DNA from: an uncultured Clostridiaceae bacterium
GTDB lineage: Bacteria > Bacillota > Clostridia > Lutisporales > Lutisporaceae
Length of the DNA: 53,876 nucleotides
Direction: 5' to 3'
Assembly (NCBI GenBank): GCA_964593485.1
Contig: CAZQHS010000001.1
Span: 11,779 to 65,654, forward strand
Below are positions 38,189 to 47,028 of the stretch, piece by piece. Position numbers and translations under genes: made by a program. Below the pieces are notes generated by a model. It had not been told where the DNA came from. It worked only from the letters and a program-made list of their open reading frames with translations, and ran no database searches. Every line of letters begins with the position of its first letter. The first letter of the stretch is position 1.

Positions 38189-40684
38189 TTACTTTTTCTT
38201 TAACACAAATGTCTGTCTGAATTCCGGGTTAAGCCCATTCCCCGCCTTATCCCGCAACCTCAGCCAAATCTCATGTTCTCCTTTATATAGTCTATCAGAT
38301 AGTTTATGTGTTATAGTGCCCGTTTCCACATCATAATCCGCTTTTACTTGTATGTTATCCAACAACAAGACTATTGACTTTGCATCTATACCTTCGCCTT
38401 TATCTTTTACCTTTATAACGATTTCTTCGGGTATTTCCGTAAACTCCTCTTTATCTCCTATGTTTATCTCAGCAACCACAGGATTATAATAATCTACTCC
38501 TTCTTTATATAAAGCTGTAAGATTATCAAAATATATTGCACCCTTTGTTTTGTTTTCCTCTGTGGGCTCCGCTATATAAATCTGTTCCAAAGCAATGGGG
38601 AACTTTTCGTCCTTTGGAATTTCCGCATAAGCATATTTCCAGCCGTTCCAATCAAACTTGCCTTGGCTTGTATAATTCATTATTTTTCTTTCTCCATTGC
38701 CGTTTATATAAGTACCTCTCAGCCAATTGCCTGAGCCGTTACCGTATACCCATACCCCTATTTCAACGGGCTTGCCGGGTACAGTAATGTTCTCTTTAAA
38801 ATTCATATATGCCGCCGAAGTTCCCTCTTCACCGGTTTCCATATCATATTCAAATTTATAAGATGAAGTCCCAAGTATCACCGGTTCCGCATTTTGGGAT
38901 ACCCTGCCTGATACTTTGGCCCTGATGCTGGTCAACTCTATATTGTTTTTATCTTCAAAACCGTGGAGAACAATGGGCATATTGCCTATTCTTCCATCAA
39001 CCACGGATGTAATCGTATCTATCTTAGCCATTACTTTGCCTTCAATCATACTCTTGCCTGCAATGAATACTCCGGATTTGTCTACCTTACCGAAATCCTC
39101 GCTGACAGCCCAAGTAATTGCGGAAGGGCTTATAATAATTTCCTTGCCTTCTTCATCATAAGCCTTGGCTTGCATCTGAACCTTTTCTCCGGGTTCCAGG
39201 CTTATATAACTGTTTAAAATTCTTAAGGAAGCTACTTTGTCAAACACTTCCACTTCCATTTTACTTTTTGAATTACCTATTACAGCTTCTAAATAACCTT
39301 TTCCGGCGTTTGGACCCGACTTAAATACCCCTTCTTTACTGACAGCACCTATCCCTTTGCTTACATTGAATTTCAGTTTATTCGTTTCAACGTCAACTCT
39401 GTTAAAATATTGGTCCATGGCATAAGCGGAAGGATTATATTCACTGTTTTTAAATATTTTCAATGAGTTCTTTTCCAGAAAAACCGTCTTGGGTTCTGAT
39501 AAAGGTGCCTGGGATAATATCTGTAAAGAATTCGCCACACTTCTTTCTCTGCCATCGGAAGGCGAGTTAACAAGTCTTGCAGAAACACTACCCTGTTTTC
39601 TTGCAATCATTGCTGTGGACCCCCCGCCGTCAAAGTTTAAAGCATTTTCTATGCCTTGTTCCAGCATGTAATTTGCCAATTCATAAAGAGTCATTCCATC
39701 ACTAAAGCCTTTTTGCCTTCCATCAACGGTTATAAGTACTACCTGGCCGCCTTTTATTCCCACAGCAGTTCTGGGGTGTCTCACTTTGGCATCGGACCTT
39801 TTAGATAATTCTTCGGATATTTCACCATTAATCAGAAGTCTTGGTGTACCGGAGATGGCATGCTTGATATCTTTTCTGCTGAAGTTAATTTCAAAACTCA
39901 GCTCATCTCCTTCTTTGAGGACGTTTAGAAATTCCGCTGCTGCCCCTTGTCCGGATAAAACCACTCTGTCTTCGGGTATTTGCACGGACTCTATGTCTTT
40001 AAAAATCTGTTCCACAGTACCCGTATAGGTTTTGTTACCTTCAATTGGAAGTTCTAATCCTTTTATAACTACCTCAGTGCCTTCCCCTTTTGTATTTGTA
40101 GGTTTGCTGAAAGCATGGGTATACAAAACCAACTGATTATCCCATCTTACCCGATTAACCCCTGTGATATCATATTTCTTTTTCCTGATTTGGACAAAAC
40201 CGTTCATCTCTATATCACTGATAAAACAATTTCCTTTATTTGAAACACCAAATACCGTGTTGCTTACCAATGCAGTCCTTATTTCTCCGTCTATTATGTT
40301 TGTACCCGATGGTAATCCTGTCAATTCGTTGGTGTAAAAGAAATCTCCATTTACTGCCCCAATCACCCTGGTGTCTTTTTGGAATTTTTGTTCAGCCTGT
40401 TTGGACACGGTTGCAGTACCGATTGCCCTGCCATTATCCCCGGCTTCAACCTTTATAAATTTTGTTCCGATAGAAGTTTCAACAGTATTTATATTGAAAG
40501 TTCCATTTGGAGCAATCAATTTCGTATTCTTATAATATGTACCGGGTCCTATTTGTTGTGTGCTCTCCTCTACAATGCTTTCCGCTGTATCATTCTTTTT
40601 TGCGGCGTATAGGATATTTGAAAAAAGAAGAGAAAAAACCAATAAAAAAGATATGTAATTCTTAATTCTTTTATTAAACTTCAT
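38189..40684 (-). CDS. Secreted multidomain phosphodiester glycosidase (NAGPA/DUF2233-like) with Ig-like and jelly-roll-like C-terminal domains
   Basis: About 831 aa with a signal peptide, DUF2233-type motifs GAVNGDFF and ALNFDGGGSTAM, a Big_2-like segment (ITWAVSEDFGKVDKSGVF) and further beta-rich domains. The ATG at 40684 lies 8 nt after GGAGG. Confidence 0.8.
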   Translation of the reverse strand: MKFNKRIKNYISFLLVFSLLFSNILYAAKKNDTAESIVEESTQQIGPGTYYKNTKLIAPNGTFNINTVETSIGTKFIKVEAGDNGRAIGTATVSKQAEQKFQKDTRVIGAVNGDFFYTNELTGLPSGTNIIDGEIRTALVSNTVFGVSNKGNCFISDIEMNGFVQIRKKKYDITGVNRVRWDNQLVLYTHAFSKPTNTKGEGTEVVIKGLELPIEGNKTYTGTVEQIFKDIESVQIPEDRVVLSGQGAAAEFLNVLKEGDELSFEINFSRKDIKHAISGTPRLLINGEISEELSKRSDAKVRHPRTAVGIKGGQVVLITVDGRQKGFSDGMTLYELANYMLEQGIENALNFDGGGSTAMIARKQGSVSARLVNSPSDGRERSVANSLQILSQAPLSEPKTVFLEKNSLKIFKNSEYNPSAYAMDQYFNRVDVETNKLKFNVSKGIGAVSKEGVFKSGPNAGKGYLEAVIGNSKSKMEVEVFDKVASLRILNSYISLEPGEKVQMQAKAYDEEGKEIIISPSAITWAVSEDFGKVDKSGVFIAGKSMIEGKVMAKIDTITSVVDGRIGNMPIVLHGFEDKNNIELTSIRAKVSGRVSQNAEPVILGTSSYKFEYDMETGEEGTSAAYMNFKENITVPGKPVEIGVWVYGNGSGNWLRGTYINGNGERKIMNYTSQGKFDWNGWKYAYAEIPKDEKFPIALEQIYIAEPTEENKTKGAIYFDNLTALYKEGVDYYNPVVAEINIGDKEEFTEIPEEIVIKVKDKGEGIDAKSIVLLLDNIQVKADYDVETGTITHKLSDRLYKGEHEIWLRLRDKAGNGLNPEFRQTFVLKKK

Positions 40685-40804
40685 ATAAACTACCTCCAAT
40701 GCAATAATTTAAACCCATTATATCATTCTTATTAGACTCCATATATTTCTTATTTGTTACAGTTTTCCTTTAATAGTTTTTAATAGTTTTTTTATTTTGC
40801 CTCA

Positions 40805-41133
40805 TATTGCAACGCTAAATGTCACTCTGAGGCTTGCCGAAGAGTCTTAAGATCCTTCATTTCATTCAGGATGACAATATCCGCCTCTGGCCACTGGCTT
40901 CTTGAGTCTTGCCGGGAGACCAAAGGTCTCCCCTACGAGGGCAGACAGGGTCGTCTGCCCCTTGTACTATTGCTCAACAATCGTTCTCCGGAACATGTCA
41001 TTCTGAGCGTTAGCGAAGAATCTTAGACCCTAAAGGAATACCCTAATCTGTTCTCTGGACTTCTGTTCGCTGTTCTCTGGGCTAAGATCCTTCATTTCAT
41101 TCAGGATGACACCATGATTGTGTGAACAGTACG
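40805..41133 (+). mobile_element. 329-bp composite non-coding mosaic repeat insertion flanked by a 17-bp direct repeat
   Basis: A perfect direct repeat TTTTTTATTTTGCCTCA at 40788-40804 and 41134-41150 brackets it. It contains internal 28-bp duplicates (40849-40876, 41084-41111), GC hairpins (40914-40960) and the terminal motif GTGTGAACAGTACG. No ORF. Confidence 0.7.
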
Positions 41134-41137
41134 TTTT

Positions 41138-42370
41138 TTATTTTGCCTCAATAATTCTTGCAGTAGATATGAAAGCTGCAAACATCCAAAACATAATAAC
41201 GGATTTTGGCATATATAATATGTGTTCGGCTACACCGTGAACCATAATTGATAAGAATCCTGCTAAAAGTCCTGTAGAAACATAACTTAAATACTTATCA
41301 TCTGTTCTTAATATAAACTTAGCGGAATGTATAAAAAGAGAGAGAACAAACCATGCAAAAGTCAATAAACCGAATATACCCATTTCCGCAATAATTTCCA
41401 AGTACATATTATGGCTGTGCCATGTTTTTGTACCTTTTATGCTGTATTCATAAAATGTGTTTTTAAAAGCCCAATATCCGTATCCCACACCGGTTATCCA
41501 AAAATCTTTAATCATCTTGATTGTGCCTTCCCATATGTAAGTCCTGTATTCATTGGAACTGTCTTTTATATTACCGATAGTGCTGATTCTTTGAAGTATT
41601 ACTTTTGGTGCCAAGGGTATGCTTAAGACACCACCGGCTAAAAAAAAGAAAATATACTTAAAAAATTTAAGGACAACAAACATGAGCATTGCAGCCGCGA
41701 AGCCCAGCCAAGCACCTCTTGATGATGTAAGCAGCAGACAAACAAACATAACTCCTGCCAAAACCACGGCTATAGCCTTGTTAATCCATTTTTTGTATGC
41801 AAATATTAAAGCTATGGCGACAGGCAATATATGCTCCAAATACTCGGCAAAAACATTGGGATTTCCGAAAGTACCGATAACCCTTGTTTTTAAATCCGGA
41901 TTCATTTCCACATCCACCCATGCTTTACTGGTTGCACCCAAGGTATAGTATTGCAAAATACCATAGCAGGACATTATAAATGCTGTGATAATAAAGATTT
42001 TAAGTACCCTGTCAAGGTCTTCTTTTGTTTTTATTGTATTTACAATAGTGAAATATAGTGCCATGCTTATTAAACTTACAATTAAATTCTGTATGCTTAA
42101 AAAAGGTGATACGGAAATAATGGTGGTAATAATCTGCACAATAGCAAAGGCCAGCAAAGGCACTGTCAAGGGATCCGGCATTAAATCAAAGTCGCCGGTA
42201 ATAAAAGCCTTTATAATAAAAGAAAACACCACTAACGCCGTAAATATCAACATGGCTTCATTAGGTAAAAAAGGTATAGCGATTATAAGGGTAAATAGTC
42301 CCCAAAGAGGGCTTTTCATTACTATAGCAGATGCAGCAACTCCGCCAATAAGTTTTACAACCAAAACCAT
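41138..42370 (-). CDS. O-antigen ligase / Wzy_C family membrane protein
   Basis: 410 aa with about 11 TM segments and a Wzy_C-like loop (LLLTSSRGAWLGF ... HSHNMYLEIIAEMG). Confidence 0.85.
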   Translation of the reverse strand: MVLVVKLIGGVAASAIVMKSPLWGLFTLIIAIPFLPNEAMLIFTALVVFSFIIKAFITGDFDLMPDPLTVPLLAFAIVQIITTIISVSPFLSIQNLIVSLISMALYFTIVNTIKTKEDLDRVLKIFIITAFIMSCYGILQYYTLGATSKAWVDVEMNPDLKTRVIGTFGNPNVFAEYLEHILPVAIALIFAYKKWINKAIAVVLAGVMFVCLLLTSSRGAWLGFAAAMLMFVVLKFFKYIFFFLAGGVLSIPLAPKVILQRISTIGNIKDSSNEYRTYIWEGTIKMIKDFWITGVGYGYWAFKNTFYEYSIKGTKTWHSHNMYLEIIAEMGIFGLLTFAWFVLSLFIHSAKFILRTDDKYLSYVSTGLLAGFLSIMVHGVAEHILYMPKSVIMFWMFAAFISTARIIEAK

Positions 42371-42383
42371 TATAGCATCCCCC

Positions 42384-42779
42384 TTAATCCACAGTTATCC
42401 AAAACTTGTAGATGGTGTTTATAAATAAGCTGTTTTTAAAAACGGTTTTTACACTATGCATTCTTTTGAAACTGTTCTTTGAAGTAAGCTTATTCATAGT
42501 ATTTATATATTTACTGCCTTTTACAGCTTCTTTAAATGAAAAGAACTCGGCAATGCTTTTTGCCAGTTTATTTGTTATAGACTTAACAGATTTAAAAAAC
42601 AAAGAATTGCTGTGTACCTCATAACTGAAGAAGCCGGATATAATTTTACCGAAATTACTGTCAAGCCACACTAACGAAACTTTCCGGCATAATTTTAAAA
42701 ACAAGCTGTTTTTGTAGGCTATCTCTACCATGTCGGCAGTATGAATCATAAAGCGTAAAATTTTAGATGTATTTCTCAT
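42384..42779 (-). CDS. Hypothetical basic protein (131 aa) with four [KS]NS[LF]F motifs
   Basis: The ATG is preceded by AGGAGA, and the stop lies 14 nt before the ligase-like gene. No family recognised. Confidence 0.5.
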   Translation of the reverse strand: MRNTSKILRFMIHTADMVEIAYKNSLFLKLCRKVSLVWLDSNFGKIISGFFSYEVHSNSLFFKSVKSITNKLAKSIAEFFSFKEAVKGSKYINTMNKLTSKNSFKRMHSVKTVFKNSLFINTIYKFWITVD

Positions 42780-42790
42780 ACTAAAATCTC

Positions 42791-43282
42791 CTATTCATTA
42801 ATTATTACATCGTAAACATAACCTCTTGTACCGAACCTTCTGCCTTTTATAGCCGCAGTATAACCTACTCTTACCTCTTGACCCCCCATATATACACCGG
42901 TTTTGCTTATAACGGCATCACCTTCTATATATATCTTTACATCAAAACGATTGGGTATTTCCGCTTCCACAAATCTGCCATCTGCCGTCTCAGCTATTTT
43001 CATGGCGGGAAAGGCCTCTTTCTTTACTATCTTGCCATAGACACTATTTTTGTCATAATCTTTAGCTATCTCACCTTCTTCGATAGCATTATATGTAACA
43101 TCTCTCACTTCCTGAATAAAATATACCATAGTGATTTTTTGAGTGTTTACAGCTACAGTGGGGTTTACCCTGAATATCTTATAGGCACCGAATCCCATAA
43201 GCACAATAAGCATTACACTTATGAACAAATCTATTATATTTATTATTCCGAACAATCTTCCTTTATCATCTATTATTTTCAT
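42791..43282 (-). CDS. DUF4330-like membrane-anchored protein
   Basis: 163 aa. The N-terminus IIDDKGRLFGIINIIDLFISVMLIVL is characteristic of DUF4330 as I recall it. GGAGG SD. Confidence 0.65.
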   Translation of the reverse strand: MKIIDDKGRLFGIINIIDLFISVMLIVLMGFGAYKIFRVNPTVAVNTQKITMVYFIQEVRDVTYNAIEEGEIAKDYDKNSVYGKIVKKEAFPAMKIAETADGRFVEAEIPNRFDVKIYIEGDAVISKTGVYMGGQEVRVGYTAAIKGRRFGTRGYVYDVIINE

Positions 43283-43433
43283 ACAAGCACCTCCGTTTTT
43301 CGCCGGTTTTTTATTTTTTATTTAAGTAACATAAACCTATTTTACACTATCTTTCCCTTAATTATATATGTTTTTGTTTTCGCTTTTCCCACATTTCGCT
43401 AACAGACCTTAAGCCTTTCCACAATGGAATCTC

Positions 43434-43477
43434 TATCAAATACTAATATTGCTAACATTAGTAGTGTTAAGTGAACA
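43434..43477 (+). repeat. TATCAAATACTAATATT ... GTGAACA module, copy B
   Basis: The 17-mer is identical to 22390-22406, and GTGAACA follows 20 nt downstream. Confidence 0.65.
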
Positions 43478-43574
43478 ACGTGTAAACTGTATCTATTTAA
43501 TCACTACCGTTCAAATTATAGCTTATCTTGCAAGAACAGATTATTGTATTTGACGCGTTTTCTTAGTTACATAG

Positions 43575-44504
43575 CTAAATCTCCGTTTCCTTTGACGAAC
43601 CCGATTTTATATTTTGAAAATCCGCTATTTCCTTTTTTAGCCTGATACCTTTAAAATAGGCCAAAACCATAAAATACATGCTGTACATCTGCCTAAAGCT
43701 CTTCCATATATTATTATCCTTATTATATTTCTTATAGGCCTTTTTATATGCACCAAAATTCAGTTCTCTGAATAGTTCCGCTCCCTCCCGTGCACCTGCC
43801 ACAATTCCGTTAAGCCTATCCATTAATAATATAGACTCAAAAGTCATAGTCTGTGATTCATATAATTCTAATACATCCGCCTTGGGTTCCATAAAATCAG
43901 TACAATCTACATAGTGGGTAACACCATATACTGAAATCGGCGAGTTAATCCTATAAGCAAATAACTTTCCTTTAAACTTTATTAAATCTAAAGCATTAAT
44001 AAGTATACCGCTTACAGCACTGTGATCTTTATGACCGTCAAGGAAATACGGAACCATAATTAAATCTGGCTGAAAACTTTTAATTATTTCTGCAACTTTC
44101 CCGGCAGCATCTGTATCCCTATGATCTAATTCTCCATCTACTTTATTCAAAAATTTCGGCGGTTCCATGCCTAACGTTTTTGCCACTTCTTGTGCCTCGG
44201 CTTTTCTAATCCTTTTTAGCGTTTCCGGTTCTATCTCATCAGAGCTCTTAGAACCATCGGTAAAAAATACAGATTTAACTATACCCCCTTCTTTTATCAT
44301 TTGCTGAATGAAACAACCACAGCCAATAATTTCATCATCCTGATGGGGTGCCAATATGAGTGCCCTACCCATAGACAACCCCAGCGGCATAAAACTTTTA
44401 GCTTTTCTTTTAGCCGCTAACAGGTATAGTCCAATAACAACTTTGTTAAATAATGTTATAGGTTTTGTCAGAATCCTTTTTGCAAAATCCTTCACAAAAT
44501 ACAC
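43575..44504 (-). CDS. PIG-L/LmbE family deacetylase with N-terminal membrane anchor
   Basis: Motifs LILAPHQDDEIIGCG and DGHKDH. The start codon is uncertain (GTG at 44504, or an internal ATG). Confidence 0.85.
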   Translation of the reverse strand: MYFVKDFAKRILTKPITLFNKVVIGLYLLAAKRKAKSFMPLGLSMGRALILAPHQDDEIIGCGCFIQQMIKEGGIVKSVFFTDGSKSSDEIEPETLKRIRKAEAQEVAKTLGMEPPKFLNKVDGELDHRDTDAAGKVAEIIKSFQPDLIMVPYFLDGHKDHSAVSGILINALDLIKFKGKLFAYRINSPISVYGVTHYVDCTDFMEPKADVLELYESQTMTFESILLMDRLNGIVAGAREGAELFRELNFGAYKKAYKKYNKDNNIWKSFRQMYSMYFMVLAYFKGIRLKKEIADFQNIKSGSSKETEI

Positions 44505-44513
44505 AACCTTTTA

Positions 44514-45590
44514 TTATATATAATCAGAATCCCCCATAGTTATAAACCAATTCCTCTGATTATATATTTTGTCTTTCCCAATCTTCAGTATTTCCGTCAT
44601 TGGGATTGCCGCAAGTATCACAGGAGAACCATATTGTAAAAAACCTTGATTTTTAAGAGTTCCCGCATAAAACCAATGTTTTAGCATCCAACATGAAATT
44701 GCACAGGCATTTTCATTCTTAAAATATTTTTCTAATATGGAAATAAGACTTTTTGCTGCTTTGGTATGTTCCCCATGGCATATTATATCCGCTATATGTC
44801 CTAAAATAAGTGTTTCCCCATCTTTGCCTATTTTTTCTTCTAACGTCCCAACTATATACCCTATAGGTTTTTCATCTTTAAATGCTGCAAATATTTTATA
44901 ATCATTAACGCACTCTGCGTATCTCCAGTTTAAATAAACGGAATCACGCACAAGGGCAATGGGGTAATCATTCCTCACCTTTTCCCACAGTTCATCAAAG
45001 CCGCTGTCGAAGTTTTTTATTTCTTTGATTTCATATTCCGCCGAACTATGTATGGTATTTGATCTTAACTTATTATAAATGTTTAATAAGCTGCCGCCAA
45101 ACAGTTTTAAAATTCTATTATCGGTAAACATGGCAAAAGCTGCTTTGTCATCTAATACTTTTAAAAACCGGGGCATATCACAGACTTTTTTTATGTTTAC
45201 TTTCTTCGTGGATGCCATAAAAGCAGCAGTATTTGGGAAGTTGAACCTAATCCCTAAACCTTGTTTTTTAATATCTCTCAATGCTTCCATAGCCATGTTT
45301 TCGTAGATACCTTTTCTCTGATGTTTTTTTTCAACCATTGCGTCAACAGATTGTCCTGCCATTATATTCTTCCCAAAAAGACTCATTTTATATTTCATTA
45401 CACATGTATATCCCACAACTTGCCCATCATAAGAAGTTGTTTTTATAATAGACTTACCATTGGGGTTGTCTTCATTCTTCCATTTGAAATATCCAGGATC
45501 CAATTTCTTGTCGAATACTTCTTTGAATAATCTTTGAACACCTGTCCAATGCTTTCCCTCATAATCACTTAACACATAATCCGGAAACAA
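44514..45590 (-). CDS. GNAT-family acyltransferase (large, two-lobed)
   Basis: 358 aa with the acyl-CoA-binding motif VEKKHQRKGIYENM. The TTG start lies 10 nt after GGAGGG. Confidence 0.75.
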   Translation of the reverse strand: MFPDYVLSDYEGKHWTGVQRLFKEVFDKKLDPGYFKWKNEDNPNGKSIIKTTSYDGQVVGYTCVMKYKMSLFGKNIMAGQSVDAMVEKKHQRKGIYENMAMEALRDIKKQGLGIRFNFPNTAAFMASTKKVNIKKVCDMPRFLKVLDDKAAFAMFTDNRILKLFGGSLLNIYNKLRSNTIHSSAEYEIKEIKNFDSGFDELWEKVRNDYPIALVRDSVYLNWRYAECVNDYKIFAAFKDEKPIGYIVGTLEEKIGKDGETLILGHIADIICHGEHTKAAKSLISILEKYFKNENACAISCWMLKHWFYAGTLKNQGFLQYGSPVILAAIPMTEILKIGKDKIYNQRNWFITMGDSDYI

Positions 45591-45611
45591 TTTCTCTTAT
45601 CCCTCCAATAA

Positions 45612-46973
45612 CTATGTCCTCATAATATTATATTGCCATAAACCTTTCCTATATATCAAGTAACCGTATATGCAAACCAACAGATTGCTGAAACTCATAG
45701 AAAACCATATACCGGCGGGTCCTATATCGGTAAAATACTTAAAAAACAAGACCATAGGTAATCTGATAAACCATAACCTGCTGATTTCCATTGCCATGGA
45801 ATATTTCGTATGCCCCGTTCCTTGAAAAAACCCCTGCAAAACACTAAAAATCCCCATAAGGGGCATGGATATAGTTATATATCTAAGATAAGTAATACCT
45901 TGTGAAATTACTGTGATATCATCTTTGGACTGCATGAAAAAGTTTATCACGGCTTTGTCCTTCCATAATAGAATTATGCACCCTATTACAGAAAAAGAAA
46001 CCGTTAAGGACATGGATTTCATAAAAGCTTCTTTTGCCCTGCTTATTTGATTTGAACCTATGTTTTGACCGATTATTGATGTAAGGGCAGCCCCAACCCC
46101 CATGGCAGGCTCCATGATCAGGGCAGTAATCCTGTTAACCATACCAAAGGCAGCTATGGTGGCTGTACCGTAGGATACGATAAAACCGTTTAGCACGAGA
46201 AAACCTACAGAAGCACCAGAATATCCCACGCTGGAAGGCAAGCCCACTTTTATAATTTTTCTGATAATTTTCTTGTCAAATTTAAAGCCACGGAACTTGG
46301 GTTTTATGAAACTCTCAGACCTCATCAGTATAAAAAATCCAGAAACGGCAAGCAAAGCTTTTGAAATCAGTGTCGCAATAGCAGCACCTGCTATACCCAT
46401 ATTAAGAGTAAAAATAAATACGGGGTCCAAAACGATGTTAAGCACCGCACTTATACCGCTCAGTATTGTAGGTATGACCATATTGCCCTGAGCGTTCATT
46501 ATGGAATTGACGGTAAAAAACATATAAGTAAAAGGCATGTCCAAAAAAGTTATTTTCAAATAGATGATACTTAATTCGGCTAAAATGCCTTCGGCTCCCA
46601 TAGCCCTCACTATAAAAGGAGTTAATGTGTATCCCAATATAGCAAATACAATAGAAAGAATTAAAGATATCACGGTTGTCTGGGTGGCGTACTCCTTTGC
46701 TCTTTTATAATCCGTAGCACCTATAAGTTGTGATAATACTGAAGTACCGGCTATGGAAATACCTATGCCCAAAGAAATAAACAAAAAAGTGACAGGAAAA
46801 ACAAGAGCCGTTGCGGCAAAGTGAACGGAACTGATTTTGCTGACCCATATACCGTCTGCTAAATTGTATAAGGTTTGAATCAGATTGTTTATCATTATCG
46901 GTAACGACAAGGAGATAATAACTCTATATAAATTTCCTTTCAGGATATTGTCTCTTCTTTCCAATGCATTCAT
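45612..46973 (-). CDS. MATE family efflux transporter
   Basis: 453 aa with 12 TM segments and a MATE-like N-terminus (LPIMINNLIQTLYNLADGIWVSK). Confidence 0.9.
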   Translation of the reverse strand: MNALERRDNILKGNLYRVIISLSLPIMINNLIQTLYNLADGIWVSKISSVHFAATALVFPVTFLFISLGIGISIAGTSVLSQLIGATDYKRAKEYATQTTVISLILSIVFAILGYTLTPFIVRAMGAEGILAELSIIYLKITFLDMPFTYMFFTVNSIMNAQGNMVIPTILSGISAVLNIVLDPVFIFTLNMGIAGAAIATLISKALLAVSGFFILMRSESFIKPKFRGFKFDKKIIRKIIKVGLPSSVGYSGASVGFLVLNGFIVSYGTATIAAFGMVNRITALIMEPAMGVGAALTSIIGQNIGSNQISRAKEAFMKSMSLTVSFSVIGCIILLWKDKAVINFFMQSKDDITVISQGITYLRYITISMPLMGIFSVLQGFFQGTGHTKYSMAMEISRLWFIRLPMVLFFKYFTDIGPAGIWFSMSFSNLLVCIYGYLIYRKGLWQYNIMRT

Positions 46974-47028
46974 CAGATGGCCTCCTGTTTAAAAGCAGCC
47001 TATGACAGGCTTTTTACATTCCTTAGTA

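Noticed and set aside
40771-40790. Tandem TAATAGTTTT x2, and other short duplications, checked as possible CRISPR or minisatellite arrays
   Set aside because: There are only two units with no spacers, and no cas genes. No CRISPR-like periodic repeat exists anywhere in the window.
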